Notes under the pieces: generated by a model
What the model was told of the DNA's origin: nothing
The model's database searches: none
What the model saw: only the letters and a program-made list of their open reading frames with translations
Position numbers and translations under genes: made by a program
Shown: piece by piece, positions 27,980 to 42,600 of the stretch
How the letters are laid out: each line of letters begins with the position of its first letter
Position numbering within the stretch: position 1 is the stretch's first letter
Assembly: GCF_963921235.1 (NCBI RefSeq)
Contig: NC_086097.1
Span: 10,602,001-10,666,000, forward strand
Direction: 5' to 3'
Source: Mobula hypostoma
Taxonomy: Eukaryota
DNA length: 64,000 nucleotides

Positions 27980-28785
27980 TCCCAATTTAATGGAGAGAAG
28001 TGCAAGGAGTTGCATATTGGCTAGACCAACCAGGGTGGGTCTTATACAATGAACAGCAGGGCACAGAGGAGTACAGTAAACAAAGGGGTCTGGGAATACA
28101 GGTCCATAATTCATTGAAAGTGGTGGCATAGGTAGATAGGGTCATAAAGAAAGTTTTTTGCACATTGGCCTCCATAAATCAATGTATTGAGTACAGGAGA
28201 AGGAATGTTATGCTGAAGTTGTATAAGACATTGGTGAGGCCTAATTTGGAGTATTGTGTGCAGTTTTGGTCATCTACCTACAGCAAAGATGTAAATAATG
28301 TTGAAAGAGTACAGAGAAAGTTTACTCAGATGTTGCCACGACTGGAGGATCTGAGTTATAAGAGAAGGTTGAATAGGTTAGGACTTTATTCCTTGAAACA
28401 TAGAAGATTAAGGAGAGATGTGATAGAGATGTTCAAAGTTATGAGGGGTATAGATAGGGTAAATGCAAGCAGGCTTTTTCCACTGAGGTTGTGTGGGACT
28501 GCAAGTATAGGTCATAGGTTAAAGGTGAAAGGTGAAAAGTTTAAGGGGAACATGAGGGGAAATTTCCTCACTCAGAGGGTTGTGAGTGTGGAATGAGCTG
28601 CCATTACAAGTGGTGCATGTGAACTCAATTTGAACATTTAAGAGAAGTTTGAATAGGTAATGGATGGTAGGGGCATAGAGGGCTGTGGTCCCAGTGCAGG
28701 TCGAAGAGAGTAGGTGGTTCATCATGGACTAGATGGGCCTTGGGGCCTATTTCTATGCTGTACTTCTCCGTATCTCTGACTCTAT
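27980..28785 (+). mobile_element. CR1-type LINE 3' fragment
   Basis: ORF 28165-28596 LYKTLVRPNLEYCVQFWS...RGNFLTQRVV. Confidence 0.9.
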
Positions 28786-29799
28786 GAGTCCTTTCAATAT
28801 TTTTTCATGGTTCCAGTCAGGCTACTGATGTCGCTGTGTTCAGCAATTGTGGAATCATCAAAGGCCGGTATGAGAAGACTAATCATTTCCTTGTTAGTTT
28901 TCAAGTTTAAGTTCAAGCTTATTATCATCTGTTTGTACATATATACAACCAAATGAAACAACCTTCCTCCAGCCCCTGGTTCACCTACAATACATACATC
29001 ACCCACAATACAACAAAACAAAATATTACCACAGACAAGTTGATCGACAATGTTTTTACGATCATAGAAAAGGAAATTAAGATGGAAAATTGCACTGTTG
29101 ACTGGAGTCAAAGACGTCACTGTGACTGTCTTTTGATATCAGTTGGTGTGTATCAGACATATATCTGATGCCAATGTTACTGGCCACTTGTCTTAGTTCT
29201 TTATAACATAAATGGAGTCCACTCAGTCCATCTTATGGTGGCTTTCAGAGATACTCCATCAATCCATCCTCCTGTCTATTCCTTTGCAACGTATTCTCTC
29301 TCAAGTTCCATCAACAATAGAGAATTTAACCTACTAACCTGGACCTCTTTGGATGTGGGAAGAAAAAGATATCGCAAATGGAGTGTGGAAACTCCATGCA
29401 AAGAGCAGATGTAAAATCACGATCGCTGGAGCTGTGAATGAGTGGTTCTACCTTCCACATCACTGTGCTAGTCACACTTAATGGTGCAGATCCAAATGCT
29501 GTGCAGGTACAATTGGTATTCTGCATTATTTTCTGAGTCATTGATACGGCTGACCACTCACATCATCAGCAAACAGCCATCACTGAACTTACAGTGAAAT
29601 AAAGATCAGAGGTGAGCCAGCTGAAATATATGGACCAGGGACAATAATTCTTCATTTGTCTAAGGCAGCCCATTCAGCAGGTGCCAGTACATTCATTTTA
29701 GCCAGGGATTACTTCAGATACTTTGCTTGGCTCTTACTGGCCTCATTTCATGACATTATGTTTCCAATTTGAGCTGAAGGCTGCCTTAATGCAGAAAGA

Positions 29800-30300
29800 A
29801 GTAGCCACCAGCCCGATGGCATGAATATCAATTTCACTTCCTATAATTTCTCCCCACTCTCCCTTTTCTCTTTTACCATTCCCCATTCTAGCTCCCCTCT
29901 TAACATTTCTCTTCTCACAACCTGCCTGTAATCAGGCAACGCCTCCCCCCCGCCTTCCTTCCATGGTCCATTCCTCTCTCCTATCAGATTCCTTCTTCTC
30001 CAGCCCTCTACCTATTCCATCTATCACCTACCAGCATCTTGCATCTTCCCCCCACCCCCATTCCGTCATCTGGTTTCATCTATTACCTGACAGATTGTGC
30101 TCCTTTCCTCTCCCCCACCCCCGCCTCCACCTTCCTGTTCTGGCTTCTTCCTCCTTCCTTTCCAGTCATGATGAAGGGCCTCAGTTCAACACATCGACTG
30201 CTTATTCATTTCCATTGGTGCTGCCTGACCTGCTGAATCCCTCCAGTATTTTGTGTGTGTTGCTCTGGATTTCCAGCATCTGCAGAATCTCTCATGTTTA
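29800..30300 (+). mobile_element. Older PLE subfamily 3' end
   Basis: QPDGMNINF end of ORF, pyrimidine-rich UTR, degenerate hammerhead near 30165-30200, end TGTGTGTTGCTCTGGATTTCCAGCATCTGCAG. Confidence 0.65.
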
Positions 30301-31209
30301 GGAGGTACAGGAGCCTGAAGACATACACTCAGTGTTTAGGAGCAACGTTCAGATTTCTTAATGGACGAAATGTCCAAAATTAGTACTCTTCCATGAGTAG
30401 CAAAGAAACAGCCTGCAAGCTGCCGTTCCTTGAGTGGCTCCAGTCGACAGTCTATTTTGGAAATAAGACCAATTAACCTGGAGGCGCCCTGCATGAATTC
30501 TAGTGTTATTACCCACTACTTGTCATCAGCCTCAGGAATGAAATGTCAGAAGCTCACTGATAAGCCCGTTTAAAAAAAAAAAATTTTAGCACTTGAACAG
30601 AAGTCATGTATTTTCAGATTGTATTTTCATCTGATTTAATTTGCTTTTTAACATCCTACTTTGCGTTACACTAATGGCTCGGTTTGAGTCGATTCATCAG
30701 CTCTGCACTGGTATGGTTTTGAGGATTGTGCGAGTTGGCAGGGCTAAGTTAGGCTGCCTGTTCACATCACACTCAACCAGGGAAGAGTTCAGTTCATATA
30801 TCCGTCAACACATACATGGAGCTGTCTGGGTGCCAGTGAAATTTCAATTGATAATAGGACGATAATCACCTTGTCAGCTCACGGTGAGCATTGACGCTTC
30901 CAGGGAATAGCAGCAGATTGCCTTTAAAAAGTCAATTCTAAAAGTTAAAAGGAAGATTGCATCCAAGTTCCATTTATGTCTAAGTGGCACAGGCACTGTC
31001 GGAATAATGGATATTTGCGCTATCGGAGGAGATATTTGCCGTTGTGCCTATTCCAGCAAGTAAAAAAGCAATCAAGTTTAACACAGACGAAGTAAGAGTA
31101 AGGGTAGGCCTCTTGCACCCTTGCCCTCTAAGCTGTGCAGCAACTGAAACGCTTCCCTGCACATCATCTTTGTTGCCTGACAGTTGGAACAAGGGTAGAC
31201 AACAAATGA

Positions 31210-32075
31210 CATCATAAGATAAAGGAGCAGAATTAGGCCATTTGGTTCATCGACTCTACTCTACCATTTTCTCATGACGGAAAATGTTCATTTTCCATCT
31301 TTGCCCTAAGCTCTTCCCTCGTATTCCTTCCTATCCTGACCAATCAAGAATCTATCTACCTCTGCTTTAAATAGACCCAATGAATTGACCTCCACGGCCA
31401 CTCTTTGGCTAAAGAAATTCCTGCTTCTCTCCATTCTAAGAGGATTCTCCTCTACTCTGAGGGCTGTGTCCCCTAGACTTAGACTCCCCCATCATAGGGA
31501 ACACCTCTTCACATGTACTCTGTTGAGTTCTTTCAACATTCAATAGGTTTCAAATTAAGCTCCTTCAAATTCACCTGCATAAGAACTCCCAATCATTTTG
31601 CAACTCAGATCTTTGAATTTTCTCTCCATTTAGAAAGTAGTTTGCCCTTTCATTTCTTTAACCAAAGTGCATGACCATACAATCTCTAACAGTATATTCC
31701 ATCTGTCACCTCCTTACCCATTCTTCCAATCTATCCAAGTCTTCCTGTAGCCTCTCTGCTTCCTCAAAACTACCTGCCCCTCCACCTATCTTCATATCAT
31801 CCAAAAGCTCAACACTGTAGACATTAATTCTGTCATCCAAGTCACTGACAAATTATGTAAAAAGAGTTTGTCCTAACACAGACTTCTGTAGAACACTGTA
31901 GCCACTGGCAGCCAACCAGATTTGGCTCCCTTTTTTCCCCACTGTTCTTCTCCTGCCTCCTGGATAAAGTCAATGCTTTATCCATGCATGTATCTTTCCT
32001 TAATACCATGGGTTCTTAACTTGTTAAGCAGCCTCCTGTGTGGTACCTTGTCAAAGGCCTTGACACAGCATGAGA
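31210..32075 (-). mobile_element. Degenerate, internally deleted CR1-type LINE
   Basis: KAFDKVPHRRLLNKLRTHGI at the right end, CR1 3'UTR at the left end. Confidence 0.75.
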
Positions 32076-33496
32076 TTGAATTGAACTGAACGTTCCAGGA
32101 CTGTTTCGATGACTTTTTGGTTTGATGTTTGTATTCTGTGTTATCTTGCTTGTTTTTGCCATCTGAGTGACCTGTTCTCTTCTTTTGCGAGTTGAGGGTT
32201 TCATGATCTTGTTTTTGAATGGGTTCCATGGTTTTCTGTTTTGTGGTTTTCTGTGGGAAAATGAATCTCAGAGTTGCATACTGCATACATACTTCAACAG
32301 TAAATATACTTTGAATTGAAGAAATTTACATGAAAGATTTCTTTGTTGTACTGTATTTCATTATACCCTTCAATTAACAAATAAAATGAAAACTATGTGA
32401 CTTTTCAATTTTCATTCTAAGTATTCATAGTCTGCATATTACCAAATAAAAAAATATTTAAAGTGCCATGCTGTTTTCAGGTGTGTAAAAATTTCCTGTT
32501 CAGAACAATGGTAGTCTGTGCAGCTGTAAAATGAAATTAGAGGAAACATTGGCCGCTGGACTCCTCTTGCCTTCTCCACTTTTTACAAGATCATGAATAA
32601 TCTGATTGCTATCTCCTCTCCATATTCCCATTAATGTTCAATCACATCTTTATAGTGAGGCACCATGCTGGTTAGTGTTTTGTAATTACAGTTTAGGGCA
32701 TTCATTCAATCCTGATGCCCTCTGTAAGGAGTTTGTTTGTTCTTCCCGTGATCACACAGGTTTCTTCTGGGTGCTCCAGTCTCCTCACACAATCCAAAAA
32801 GATACTAGTTCGAAGGTTAATTAGTCATTGTAAATTGCCCTGTGATTACAGTAAGGTGAAATCAATGCCGCTGGTATGGCTTGGAGGGCCAAAAGGGCCT
32901 ATTCCATGCTGTATCTCTAAATAAATACCAATTTATTTACCTCTGCCTTAAAAAATATTCAAAGATACTGCTTCCATTGCCTTTTTATGGGAGAGTGGTT
33001 CATGGTTCCCAAAGCAAAAAATGAATTTTATCTTTTCATTGTCTAAAATGGGTGGCTGCTTATTTTTAAACAGTGACTCGTGGTTCTAGATTCTTTCGTT
33101 GCAGGAAATATCTTCTATACTTTAACACTGACAAGATCCCTTGCAATGCTATTTGTTTCATCACCCCATCACACTATCCTTTACTCCAGCCTCATCCGTC
33201 CAAACTTTCTCCACTACAAGGCCCACCCTGCTCATAGACTACTTGTCCTACTTCCATCAGGGAGGAGGCTACGTAGCATCCATACCAGCACTCCCAGACT
33301 CAAAAACAGTTACTTTCCCAAAGGAGTAAGGCTGATCAACACGTCCACCCACTAACACACCCTCAACCACCGCTACTTTATCATTTCCTGTTAGAATCAC
33401 CTCATACACAAACACTCCTGCACCTCGTGCCATTTGATGGACATTCAATCAATCTATGTATATAAGCTATCTAACGTATTTATATATATTTTTTGC

Positions 33497-33797
33497 GCAT
33501 GGCCAAGTGGTTAAGGCATCAGTCTGGTGATCTGCAGGTCGCTAGTTCAAGCCTCAGCTGAGGCAGTGTGTTGTGTCCTTGAGCAAGGCACTTAACCACA
33601 CATTGCTTTGCGACGACACCGGTGCCAAGCTGTATCGGCCCTAATGCCCTTCCCTTGGACAACATCGGTGGCATGGAAAGGGGAGACTTGCAGCATGGGC
33701 AACTGCCAGTCTTCCATACAACCTTGCCCAGGCCTGCGCCCCGGAAACCTTCCAAGGTGCAAATCCATGGTCTCATGAGACTAACAGATGCCTATAA
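33497..33797 (+). mobile_element. tRNA-derived SINE with CORE-like segment
   Basis: A box TGGCCAAGTGG, B-box-like AGTTCAAGCC, then GTGTCCTTGAGCAAGGCACTTAACC. Confidence 0.7.
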
Positions 33798-33901
33798 TGT
33801 ATTTATATTATTGTGTTTTTGTGCTGCATTGGATCCAGAGTGACAATTATGTTGTTCTGCTTTACACTTACGTACTGAAAATTACATCAAACAGCATTAA
33901 G

Positions 33902-34130
33902 AAACACACACAAAATGTTGGAGGAACTCAGAAGGTTATGCAGCATCTATGGAAAAGAATAAACAGTCGACATTCTAGGCTGAGACCCTTCTTCAGAACT
34001 TTCAGGGCAGTTCTCGGCCTGAAATATCGACTATTTATTCTTTTCCATAGATGCTGTCCGACCTGCTGAGGTTCCCCAGCATTTTGTGTGTGTTGCTCTG
34101 GATTTCCAGCATTTGATTTGCTCGTGTTTA
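33902..34130. mobile_element. Inverted pair of old PLE 3' ends
   Basis: 33902-33998 (minus) and 34011-34130 (plus) are reverse complements with 3' ends facing outward. Confidence 0.7.
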
Positions 34131-34454
34131 TGATTAAGTCTCGAATTCTTCAATTCTTGAATCTGTCAATTCCTGACATTAATTTCGTAAAACTCTCTGA
34201 ACTGCTTCAAATATACAAATCTCCTGCCTTAAATAGGTAGACCAACACAATATGGAGTACTCCTTTGTGGTCTCACCAATGCTGTTTATAATTGCAATAA
34301 CTCATAAGTCAACTCTCCAACAATAAAAATATTCTAATCGCTTTGTTAATCAGATCCATTGCCTGTATTTCAGCCTTGTAAACATCATTCACATGGACAT
34401 TCAGAGCCTTCCACATCTTGGAGCTCTGCCAACAATTGGTCCATATTCTTATAC

Positions 34455-34990
34455 AACCATATAACCATATAACAATTACAGCACAGAAACAGGCCATCTC
34501 GGCCCTTCTAGTCCCTGCCGAACTCATAATCTCACCTAGTCCCACCGACCTGCACTCAGCCCAGAACCCTCCATTCCTTTCCTGTCCATATATCTATCCA
34601 ATCTAACTTTAGATGACAACATCGAACCTGCCTCAACCACTTCTGCTGGAAGCTCGTTCCACACAGCTACCACTCTCTGAGTAAAGAATTCCCCCTCATG
34701 TTACCCCTAAACTTTTGCCCTTTAGCTCTCAACTCATGTCCTCTTGTTTGAATCTCTCCCACTGTCAATGGAAAAAACCTATCCACGTCAACTCTGTCAA
34801 TCCCCCTCATAATTTTAAATACCTCTATCAAGTCCCCCCTCAACCTTCTACATTCCAAAGAATGAAGACCCAACTTGTTCAACCTTTCTCTGTAACTTAG
34901 ATGAAACCCAGGCAACATTCTAGTAAATCTCCTCTGTACTCAATTTTATTGACATCTTTCCTATAATTCGGTGATCAAAACTGTACACAA
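34455..34990 (-). mobile_element. CR1-type LINE 3' fragment
   Basis: ORF 34667-34918 LSYRERLNKLGLHSLECRRLRGDLIEVFK; tail (AACCATAT)n. Confidence 0.88.
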
Positions 34991-35994
34991 TTCTTCTAGG
35001 TTAGTTTGTTTCAAAAGATATCCATAGAGACTTTAAATCTAATCATCTGCTTCTACCTCCACTATTCTTTCAGGGAGTTAAGTTCTCAATTCCCATCTAA
35101 CTTTTCTGAAAGAAGTTGCCATCAATGACCCTCTAATCTTTCCACACGTTACTGCAGATCTGTGAATCTTTATTAATGAGATTAACTCTTTCAGAAGTTC
35201 TTGCACAAAGTGCTAACTGCTGAATTAATATTGCTTCTCCTTTTTGCTGCTTTGGTGAAGCTATTTCACAACTATACTGGATGAGAAGTGTAATTATATA
35301 TAAAACATAATTAAATCAGTGGAGTTTGTTTTATTACTGGTCATTATTTATTTCTTTAGGGATACAGCATGGAATTGGCCCTTCCAACCCTTCGAGCACA
35401 TCACCTAGCAATTCTTGACAACCCTGATTATCCCAAACCTAATCAGGGGACAATTTACAATGACCATTTAACCTACCCGGTATGTCTTTGGACTGTAGAA
35501 AGAAAACGGATCGTCTGGGAAAAACCTATGTATTCCATGGGAGGACACACAGAAACTCCTTCCAGAGGATGTCAAGATTGAACTCCAAACTCCAATGCCC
35601 CAAGATGTAATTGCGTTGTTCTAATTGCTACACTGTTGCATATTATGCAGCAAAATAAAAATCTCTGTCTTAAAAAAATTGCCAGATAAAAATTGCAGGG
35701 CATAATGGACAGGGTATATAGTCATTGTTAAATTTGAGCTGCTGGAGAAACTTAGCAGGTCATCATTTGTAGAAGGAAATGGACAGTCGATATTTCATAG
35801 GTCAAGACCTCCTAGCTCTCATATTTCTTTAATATGGCTCTTGCTCTTGTAAGATGACCAGGTTTTTCTTCAAAACTCAACAAAAACAGCCAAAGAGGAT
35901 TAGGATGGGGATACTTCTTTAACTGAAGATAAAATACAGAATTATTTTATGGACTTTACAACATCATTCTATTATTGACAGAAAGTTATATTGC

Positions 35995-36585
35995 ACCAGG
36001 GATAGGAGGAGGCCCTCTGATGGTCGGGCTCAACCATCGATATTGCACCCAAGCTGTCCGTGTGATAAGCAGTAGGGGGCAGTACGATATGGAGAGCACA
36101 TTGTTGCACACGCAGCAAGCTCCTCCTCTCCACGCATCTGATAAATCCGAAGCAAAGGCAGAGACCGATACAGTTCGGAAGCAGCGGTGTTGCAGGAATT
36201 GCCTGTCAGTGTAGAACTGAGTTAAGGACTTCAGCTCTGGCATTTTCCTCAGGGTTTACTCCTGAAGTTTTCCCCATGAGTGGGTATAGCTGCGAGGCAG
36301 CAGAGATTTGAGATCAGAGTTTTTCTTCTCCTAGATATCCTGCCAACCAAGGCTGATGAGCCCCATCTGCCCGAAGCGGCTATCTTAAGGCACCAGTAAC
36401 CTGCCTTTTCCCCTTCTGTCAGTAGAAATGGTTCCATCAGTCTTAGTAACTAAGCCACACATGAAGGCCAGGAGACTGGACTTGGTTGTCAGAGGTTATT
36501 TGATGTGCACACCTTTTGGAGCATTTAATAGGTAGTGGGGGCTTGCCCCCATTACCAACCCCAGTTATAACAGTCTTAAGGAAGC
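35995..36585 (-). mobile_element. RTE-related non-autonomous element (second copy at 50455-51050)
   Basis: Two collinear ~590-bp copies; CTAGGAGAAGAAAAACTCTGATCTCAAA motif resembles RTE 5'UTRs. Confidence 0.55.
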
Positions 36586-37189
36586 ATCAGATATAGGCAA
36601 CTTAATGTATTTCTGAAGAAGTAATCAAAACAATCAGCTGTTACCCAGATTTTTGTTAACTATTTACTTTTTAAATTAATGTATGCTTAATAGTAACAAG
36701 ACATACACACCCTTGATAACATGAATCATGGGCCTTCTGTATAGCTTCAATTTGACCTTTCACCATCCATAACTTTGGAATGTCTACATAATGTTTGAGA
36801 GTTCCATCACACAACTCACGTGCATGAGAAATGTCTCCTAATACCTATTCCAATTTCACACATTTTTAAAAAACTGAGAATATATAGAGAAATCATCAGT
36901 AATTATTTCCTCATTTCAGCTGGAAAATCTGAATTTTAATTAGCATGTACCTAGCCAAATGGAAAGCATAATTTAGATTTTAGGCCTGTAATCTCCATAT
37001 TCTAAAAATTATTTTTATGATTATCTCCATGAATATGCATTGTTGAGCAGATGAGAAATGAGCGTGTTAGTTATCATTAGGTTTTAACCTATAAGTGAGT
37101 GACATTTGTAATATGATTTATCTTTTTCATTACTTTAATTAGATAGCAAACTATTTATCTTTACCATTTACATGAAAAGAGTGATAGGA

Positions 37190-37560
37190 AAGAGATACTT
37201 CTCTACCAAAGGAGGTATAAGGCACTCCTTCCCTCTACTAGCCTGTAGCTCACCCTTGGGCAAGGTTTAGCACCTGTTTAGCCTCCAATCAGGGTCACGT
37301 GAAACCATGGGAGCTGCTGGTGGATGGTTGTACGAGCAGCCGGTGGATATCACAAGTCCTGGTTATGGGACCACTGACACCAGGCAGACAATCTCTGAAG
37401 AATAATGATAATAGCTGGGGTCACCCTTCTTGTAAAGACACTGCCCAGAGGAAGGCAATGGCAAACCACTTCTGGAGAAAAATTTGCCAAGAACAATCAT
37501 GGTTACAGAAAGACCATGATTGCCCACGTCATACGACACAGCACACAAAGATGATGATCT
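37190..37560 (+). mobile_element. RTE-related non-autonomous element
   Basis: GAAGGCAATGGCAAACCACTTC motif and (GAT)n tail; inverse copy at 13850-14176. Confidence 0.6.
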
Positions 37561-38889
37561 ACATGTAAGCAATGATCTGCTGTTTATTTTATTTAGGGAT
37601 ACAGGCCCTTCCGGCCCTATGTGCTGCATCAACCCATCAATTCAACCCTAGCCTAATTTATTTCGAAATACCACATGGAACAGGCCCGACTGGCCCAACA
37701 AGCCGCATAGCCCAGCCGAATCGAAGGAAAATTAACAATGACTAATGAATCTACACACTGGTGCATCTTCGGACGGTGGAAGGAAACCCACATGCTCCAG
37801 GAAGGAACATACAACTTCTCGCAGGTGGCAACACACAGAGACGGCGTTGGAATTGAACTCTGAGTTCCAATGTCCCAAGATGTAATAACATTGCGCTAAC
37901 CACTATGCTGGCAAGGTTGATAAAAAGCAATAGGTCTGGGACATCCACACATTGATTGACAAATGCAGAAGCCCAAAAATCAATCAGCAAACCTTGGTAA
38001 CATACGTTTCAATTTTCTGCGGTGTTGGCTTCTACCCTTGGCCCCTAACATTCCCCATGTCCTGAGCCTGTATTGACTCCTAAGGTTCTCCCACATTCAG
38101 TCAGAGGGAGGGGAGATGCAATCAACCTAGTCCAGATGAAGTGTCATGAACCAAAATATCAGTTGTCTATTTTCCTTCACAGATACAGCCTACCCTCTGA
38201 GTTCCACTAGCAGCTCTTTTTTTTTGTTAAAGTTTCCAGCACTTGAAAACTAATATCTTGTGATTGGTAATTACTAACTCAGTCAGGATGCGCTCAAGAA
38301 AATATTTCATCCGTGAGCAACATCAGGTTTAGTGAGTCCTAAATACCATCCAGTACCATCCAGAGAGGCCAGAAAGTATATTAACATCCCTCACATCTTC
38401 CTATGTCAGTCTGTCATCTTGTTCCATATGTGCACCACCCTCTGTGTGGAAATCTTGTCTCCCATGTCCTCTTTAAATCTTTCTTCCATCACCCTAAACT
38501 TCTTCTCTCTAGTTTCATTCCCCACTGCCTTCGGCAAAAACACTGCGACCATTAGCCTTATCTATGTTGCTCGGCCTCCTAAGCTCGAGGCTAAACAGCC
38601 TAGTCTCTCCTTAGAGCTCAAGCCCTCCAGTCCCAACAATATCCTTGTGAATCTTTCCTGCACCTGTCTAACTTAATTGTATATTTCTATAGTACTCCGA
38701 CTAGATCTGTGCACAATACATCAAATGCGGCCTCACCAATATCTTGGACAACTATAATTTGATGTAACACAAACAAAATTCAGGAGGTGCTCATCAGCTT
38801 AGGCAGAATCTACGGAAAGGAATAAACAGTCAATGTTTTGGGCTGAGACCCTTCATCAGAGCTAGATGTTCCAAAACCTAGCGGCCTTA

Positions 38890-39610
38890 TTTCTGGGTGG
38901 TAATGAGACAGCCTACAGAGGAGAGGTTGATACCCTGACACTGTGGTGTCAGAATAACAACCTCTCTCTCAATGTCCAAGAAACAAAGGAGCTGATCGTG
39001 GATTACAGGAGGAACAGAGACAGGCTGGACCCGAACTACGTCAATGGGTCTGCAGTTGAGAAGGTGAGTAGTATTAAGTTCCTTGGTATACACATCACTG
39101 ATGATCTCACCTGAACTGCACACACAAGCTTTGTGTCGAGAAAAGCACAATGGTGTCTCTTCCACCTCAGGCAACTGAAGAAGTTCTGCATGGGCCCCCA
39201 GATCCTCAAAACCTTCAACAGGGGCACCATTGAGAACATCCTGACTGGCTGTATCACCACCAGGAACTGCACCAACCTTGATCGCTAGGCACTGCAGAGA
39301 GTGGTACGGACAGCCCAGCACATCTGTGGATGTGAACTTCCCTCCATTGAGGATATTTATAGCAACAAATGCAGAAAGAAGGCTTGGAAGATCATTGGGG
39401 ACACCATTTACACCAACCATATATCATTTCAGCTTCCTCTGTCTGTCAAACGGTATCGCAGCATTAAAGCCAGGACTAACAGGCTATGGGGCAGCTTCTT
39501 TCTACAAGTCATTAGACTTTTAAATTCATGTCTGTACATTGCAATTGGAGTCACAATGCAAAGATTTTTACTCCCTCACATTGTGGGATGGATGTAAGAT
39601 TTACATAAAT
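38890..39610 (+). mobile_element. Rex1/Babar-type LINE RT 3' fragment
   Basis: NETAYRGEVDTLTLWCQNNNLSLNVQETKELIVDYRR...KFLGIHITDDLT. Confidence 0.85.
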
Positions 39611-42600
39611 TTTATAAACCAAGTACAGCATATGCCTTTTTCACTGCCCTCTTTAACTCTGATACCATTTGAAGGAGACATTGAGCTAGCTGTATTACAT
39701 AAGATGGGATGAAAGGCTTAACACATGAGGAGCACTTGGCGTTTGTAGGCCGGTACTCAATGCAGTTCAGAAGAATGGGAGGGGGGGAATTTCATTGACC
39801 CCAAATGGATACTGAAAGGCCTGGATAAAATGGATGTGGAAAGGATGCTTCCATTAGGAGGAGAGTGTAGGGCCTGAAAGCACAGCCTCAGAACAAAAGC
39901 ATGTCTGGATCTCAGTCACTGAGGTTGCGGGGGACTACAACCAGAGATCATGGGTTAAGGGTGAAAGGTGAGAAGTTTAAGGGGAAAATGAGGGTTGTGA
40001 GAGTGTGGAATGAGCTGCCAGCGCAAGTGGTACACGCAAGCTCAATTTCAAAATTTAAGAGGTTTGAATAGGTACATGGATAGTATGGGTACAGAGGGCT
40101 ATGGTCCTGGTGCAGATCGATGGGAGTAGTCAATTTAAATGGTTTCAGCATGGACTAGATAGCCTGCAGGGCCTGTTTCTGTGCTGTTCTTCTCTATGAC
40201 TATTTCCATGCATTCTTCAGAGAATGGGCTACCTTGACAAACTTCTCAAACATTGGATAGTTACCATCAATACGATCATTACAAGATCCTCCAAATACTC
40301 TGGAAGCACATGAATGAAAACAGTTTCTTCACCCTGACTGACATTCCCCACACTGAGACCACCGTTACGGTCTGCCAGCTATTGGCGGACCACATTATTT
40401 ACAAGGATTTAAACACCTGAGTTCTGGGGAAAGTGTGAACAGGTTCGGACTTTATTCCCTAGAGCACAGGAGAATGAGGGGAGATTTGATGGAGGTAGAC
40501 AAAATTATGAAGGGTATAAATAGGTTAAATGCAAGCAGTCTTTTTCCACCTAGGTTGGATGAGACTACAATTAGAACTCATGGGTTTAAGGGTGAAAAGT
40601 GAGATGAACATGAGGGGGAACTTCTTCACTCAGAGGATGGTGAGAATGTGGAATGAGCTGCCAGTGAAAGTGGTGATGCAGGGTCGATTTCAACATTTAA
40701 GAGAAAATTGGATAGGTATATGGATGGATGGGAGGGGTATGGAGGGTTGTGGTCTGGGTGCAGGTCGATGAGACTAGACAGATTAATAGTTTGGCATGGA
40801 CTAGATGGGCTGAAGGGCTTGATTCTGTGCTGTAGTGTTCTATGACACTATTTGCATGCCTGATTCCTAAAACTGACACTCTGTCCCAAGTTGTACCATG
40901 GGAAAACATCATCAGCCAAATGTAAGAAAAGACTAGACAGTTTACTTGAAGCCTCCTCAAAGGAACACAACATCCCCTCTATCCTGGAATGAGCATTCGG
41001 AATATGAGTGAGAACTTTAAGTTTATTGATTAAGCACATACAGAAGCAGTGTAAGAGACTGTAGCTCCCATATTGCTCTCACTTGCCACCCACAGAATTC
41101 GGATGAAAGCAGGTCATCCCTGGCCCTAAGGCACTGCCAAGACAGATAACACTGTTAAATGCAGTGCTGGGAGATCAGCTGAAGTTAGGAATGAATGAGT
41201 GCCTGTCCCTGAACCAGATCTCACCAAAAAGATCTGACTAATCTTTGTTCAATCAAATTCTTTTGCAAAAGAATTATAAAAGTTCAAAGCAATAATGATA
41301 TTCCTATGGATCAATTTGTAAACTTCTCATGCTTCAATGATTTTTCTTTTCAACCGAATGTTTCTCCCAACTATTTTTTTATATTGTTTGCTAACCTTTT
41401 AAGACATCAATTAGTAAAACTAATTAATGAATCCCAAAAATGACCATATGTTTTACTGCATAAATACGATGAACTACAATTGCTAAAATTATCCTGTGAC
41501 ATTTATTCTATGGCATTTTGTGTTATTGCCATACAGAAAATTTTCCCTAACAAGATCTTGTACCCAATTAGAGCCTGTTCGAATGACAGTCAGACAACAA
41601 TTTAAATGCAATAGTTTTGGAAAACCATATGAATCAAATGATGTTTTGAGCCAAATGCCACTTTTTGTAAAGCCCAATTAAAATTTCAACTAATTACTGG
41701 AGCTATTAAATTCTTCCATTTTGACAGATTTTAGCATCTCTTTTAATTAAGTCTCTGGAGGTTTCGTTTGGTATATCATGGCCGGCAGTCTGCCAATGAT
41801 AGAAATATTTCATCGGTGAAGATTAAATTAATCCCTTCTGTTGGAACCTGCACTGCAAGATCTGAATGCGGCAGTAATTTGTCTGCCTTAAGTTTGAACA
41901 ATTTCTTTAGCAGGGAATCATTGAAACTTGCAGTCTGAAATTAGGTCATTCAACCTTCCAGATTCAGTTGTGATTTCAGCACATTTAAGTCACTCATTTA
42001 CTTTGTATAGAAAAACTCGATAGTTCTTCTGTAAACCATCCATCAATAATATTGCCTCAGTTTTTCTTTCTTCACCTGCACAGCATGAACTGCTATGCAC
42101 ATCCTACAGTTCTGAGTTCCGAAACAGTTATGTTTTTTTTTGTTCTTGCTCGTTCTATAAAATCGCCCATTAACCTCTCATGCAGATAGCTTCATCACAT
42201 CATATCCCCATGGCAACCCTGACTCACCTCACCAGAAGTATTTCCTTTGTTCTTCTATCCCTCTCCCAACCTCTCTGTAACTTAAAACTACAGTATATTG
42301 ACATTTTTTGTTCTTGTGTTTTTTTTCAAAAGTACTAAAGTACATCCAGACAGTTTTTAAATGTTTTCAGAGTTTCTGCCTTTACCACTCTTTAAGGCAG
42401 TAAAAGATCAAAAGCTTTCATCATAAATATTTCACCAATGTTCTGATCATTATTCTAACCTGGAACCAATGATTAAGTCCCTTACTCATTGATTTTCTGA
42501 AGGAGAAAATAACTGTCATATTTATTCTAGGTCTTTCATAGTGTTGTAAACCTCAATGAGAGTCATTGAATCATGCAGACTGAAAGTCAGCATGGACACA

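Noticed and set aside
33497..33570. tRNA gene
   Set aside because: A/B boxes are followed by a SINE body, with no convincing cloverleaf or terminator
35995..36585. HDV-like ribozyme at the 5' end of the RTE-related element
   Set aside because: Known for some RTEs, but I could not fold a convincing nested double pseudoknot by eye
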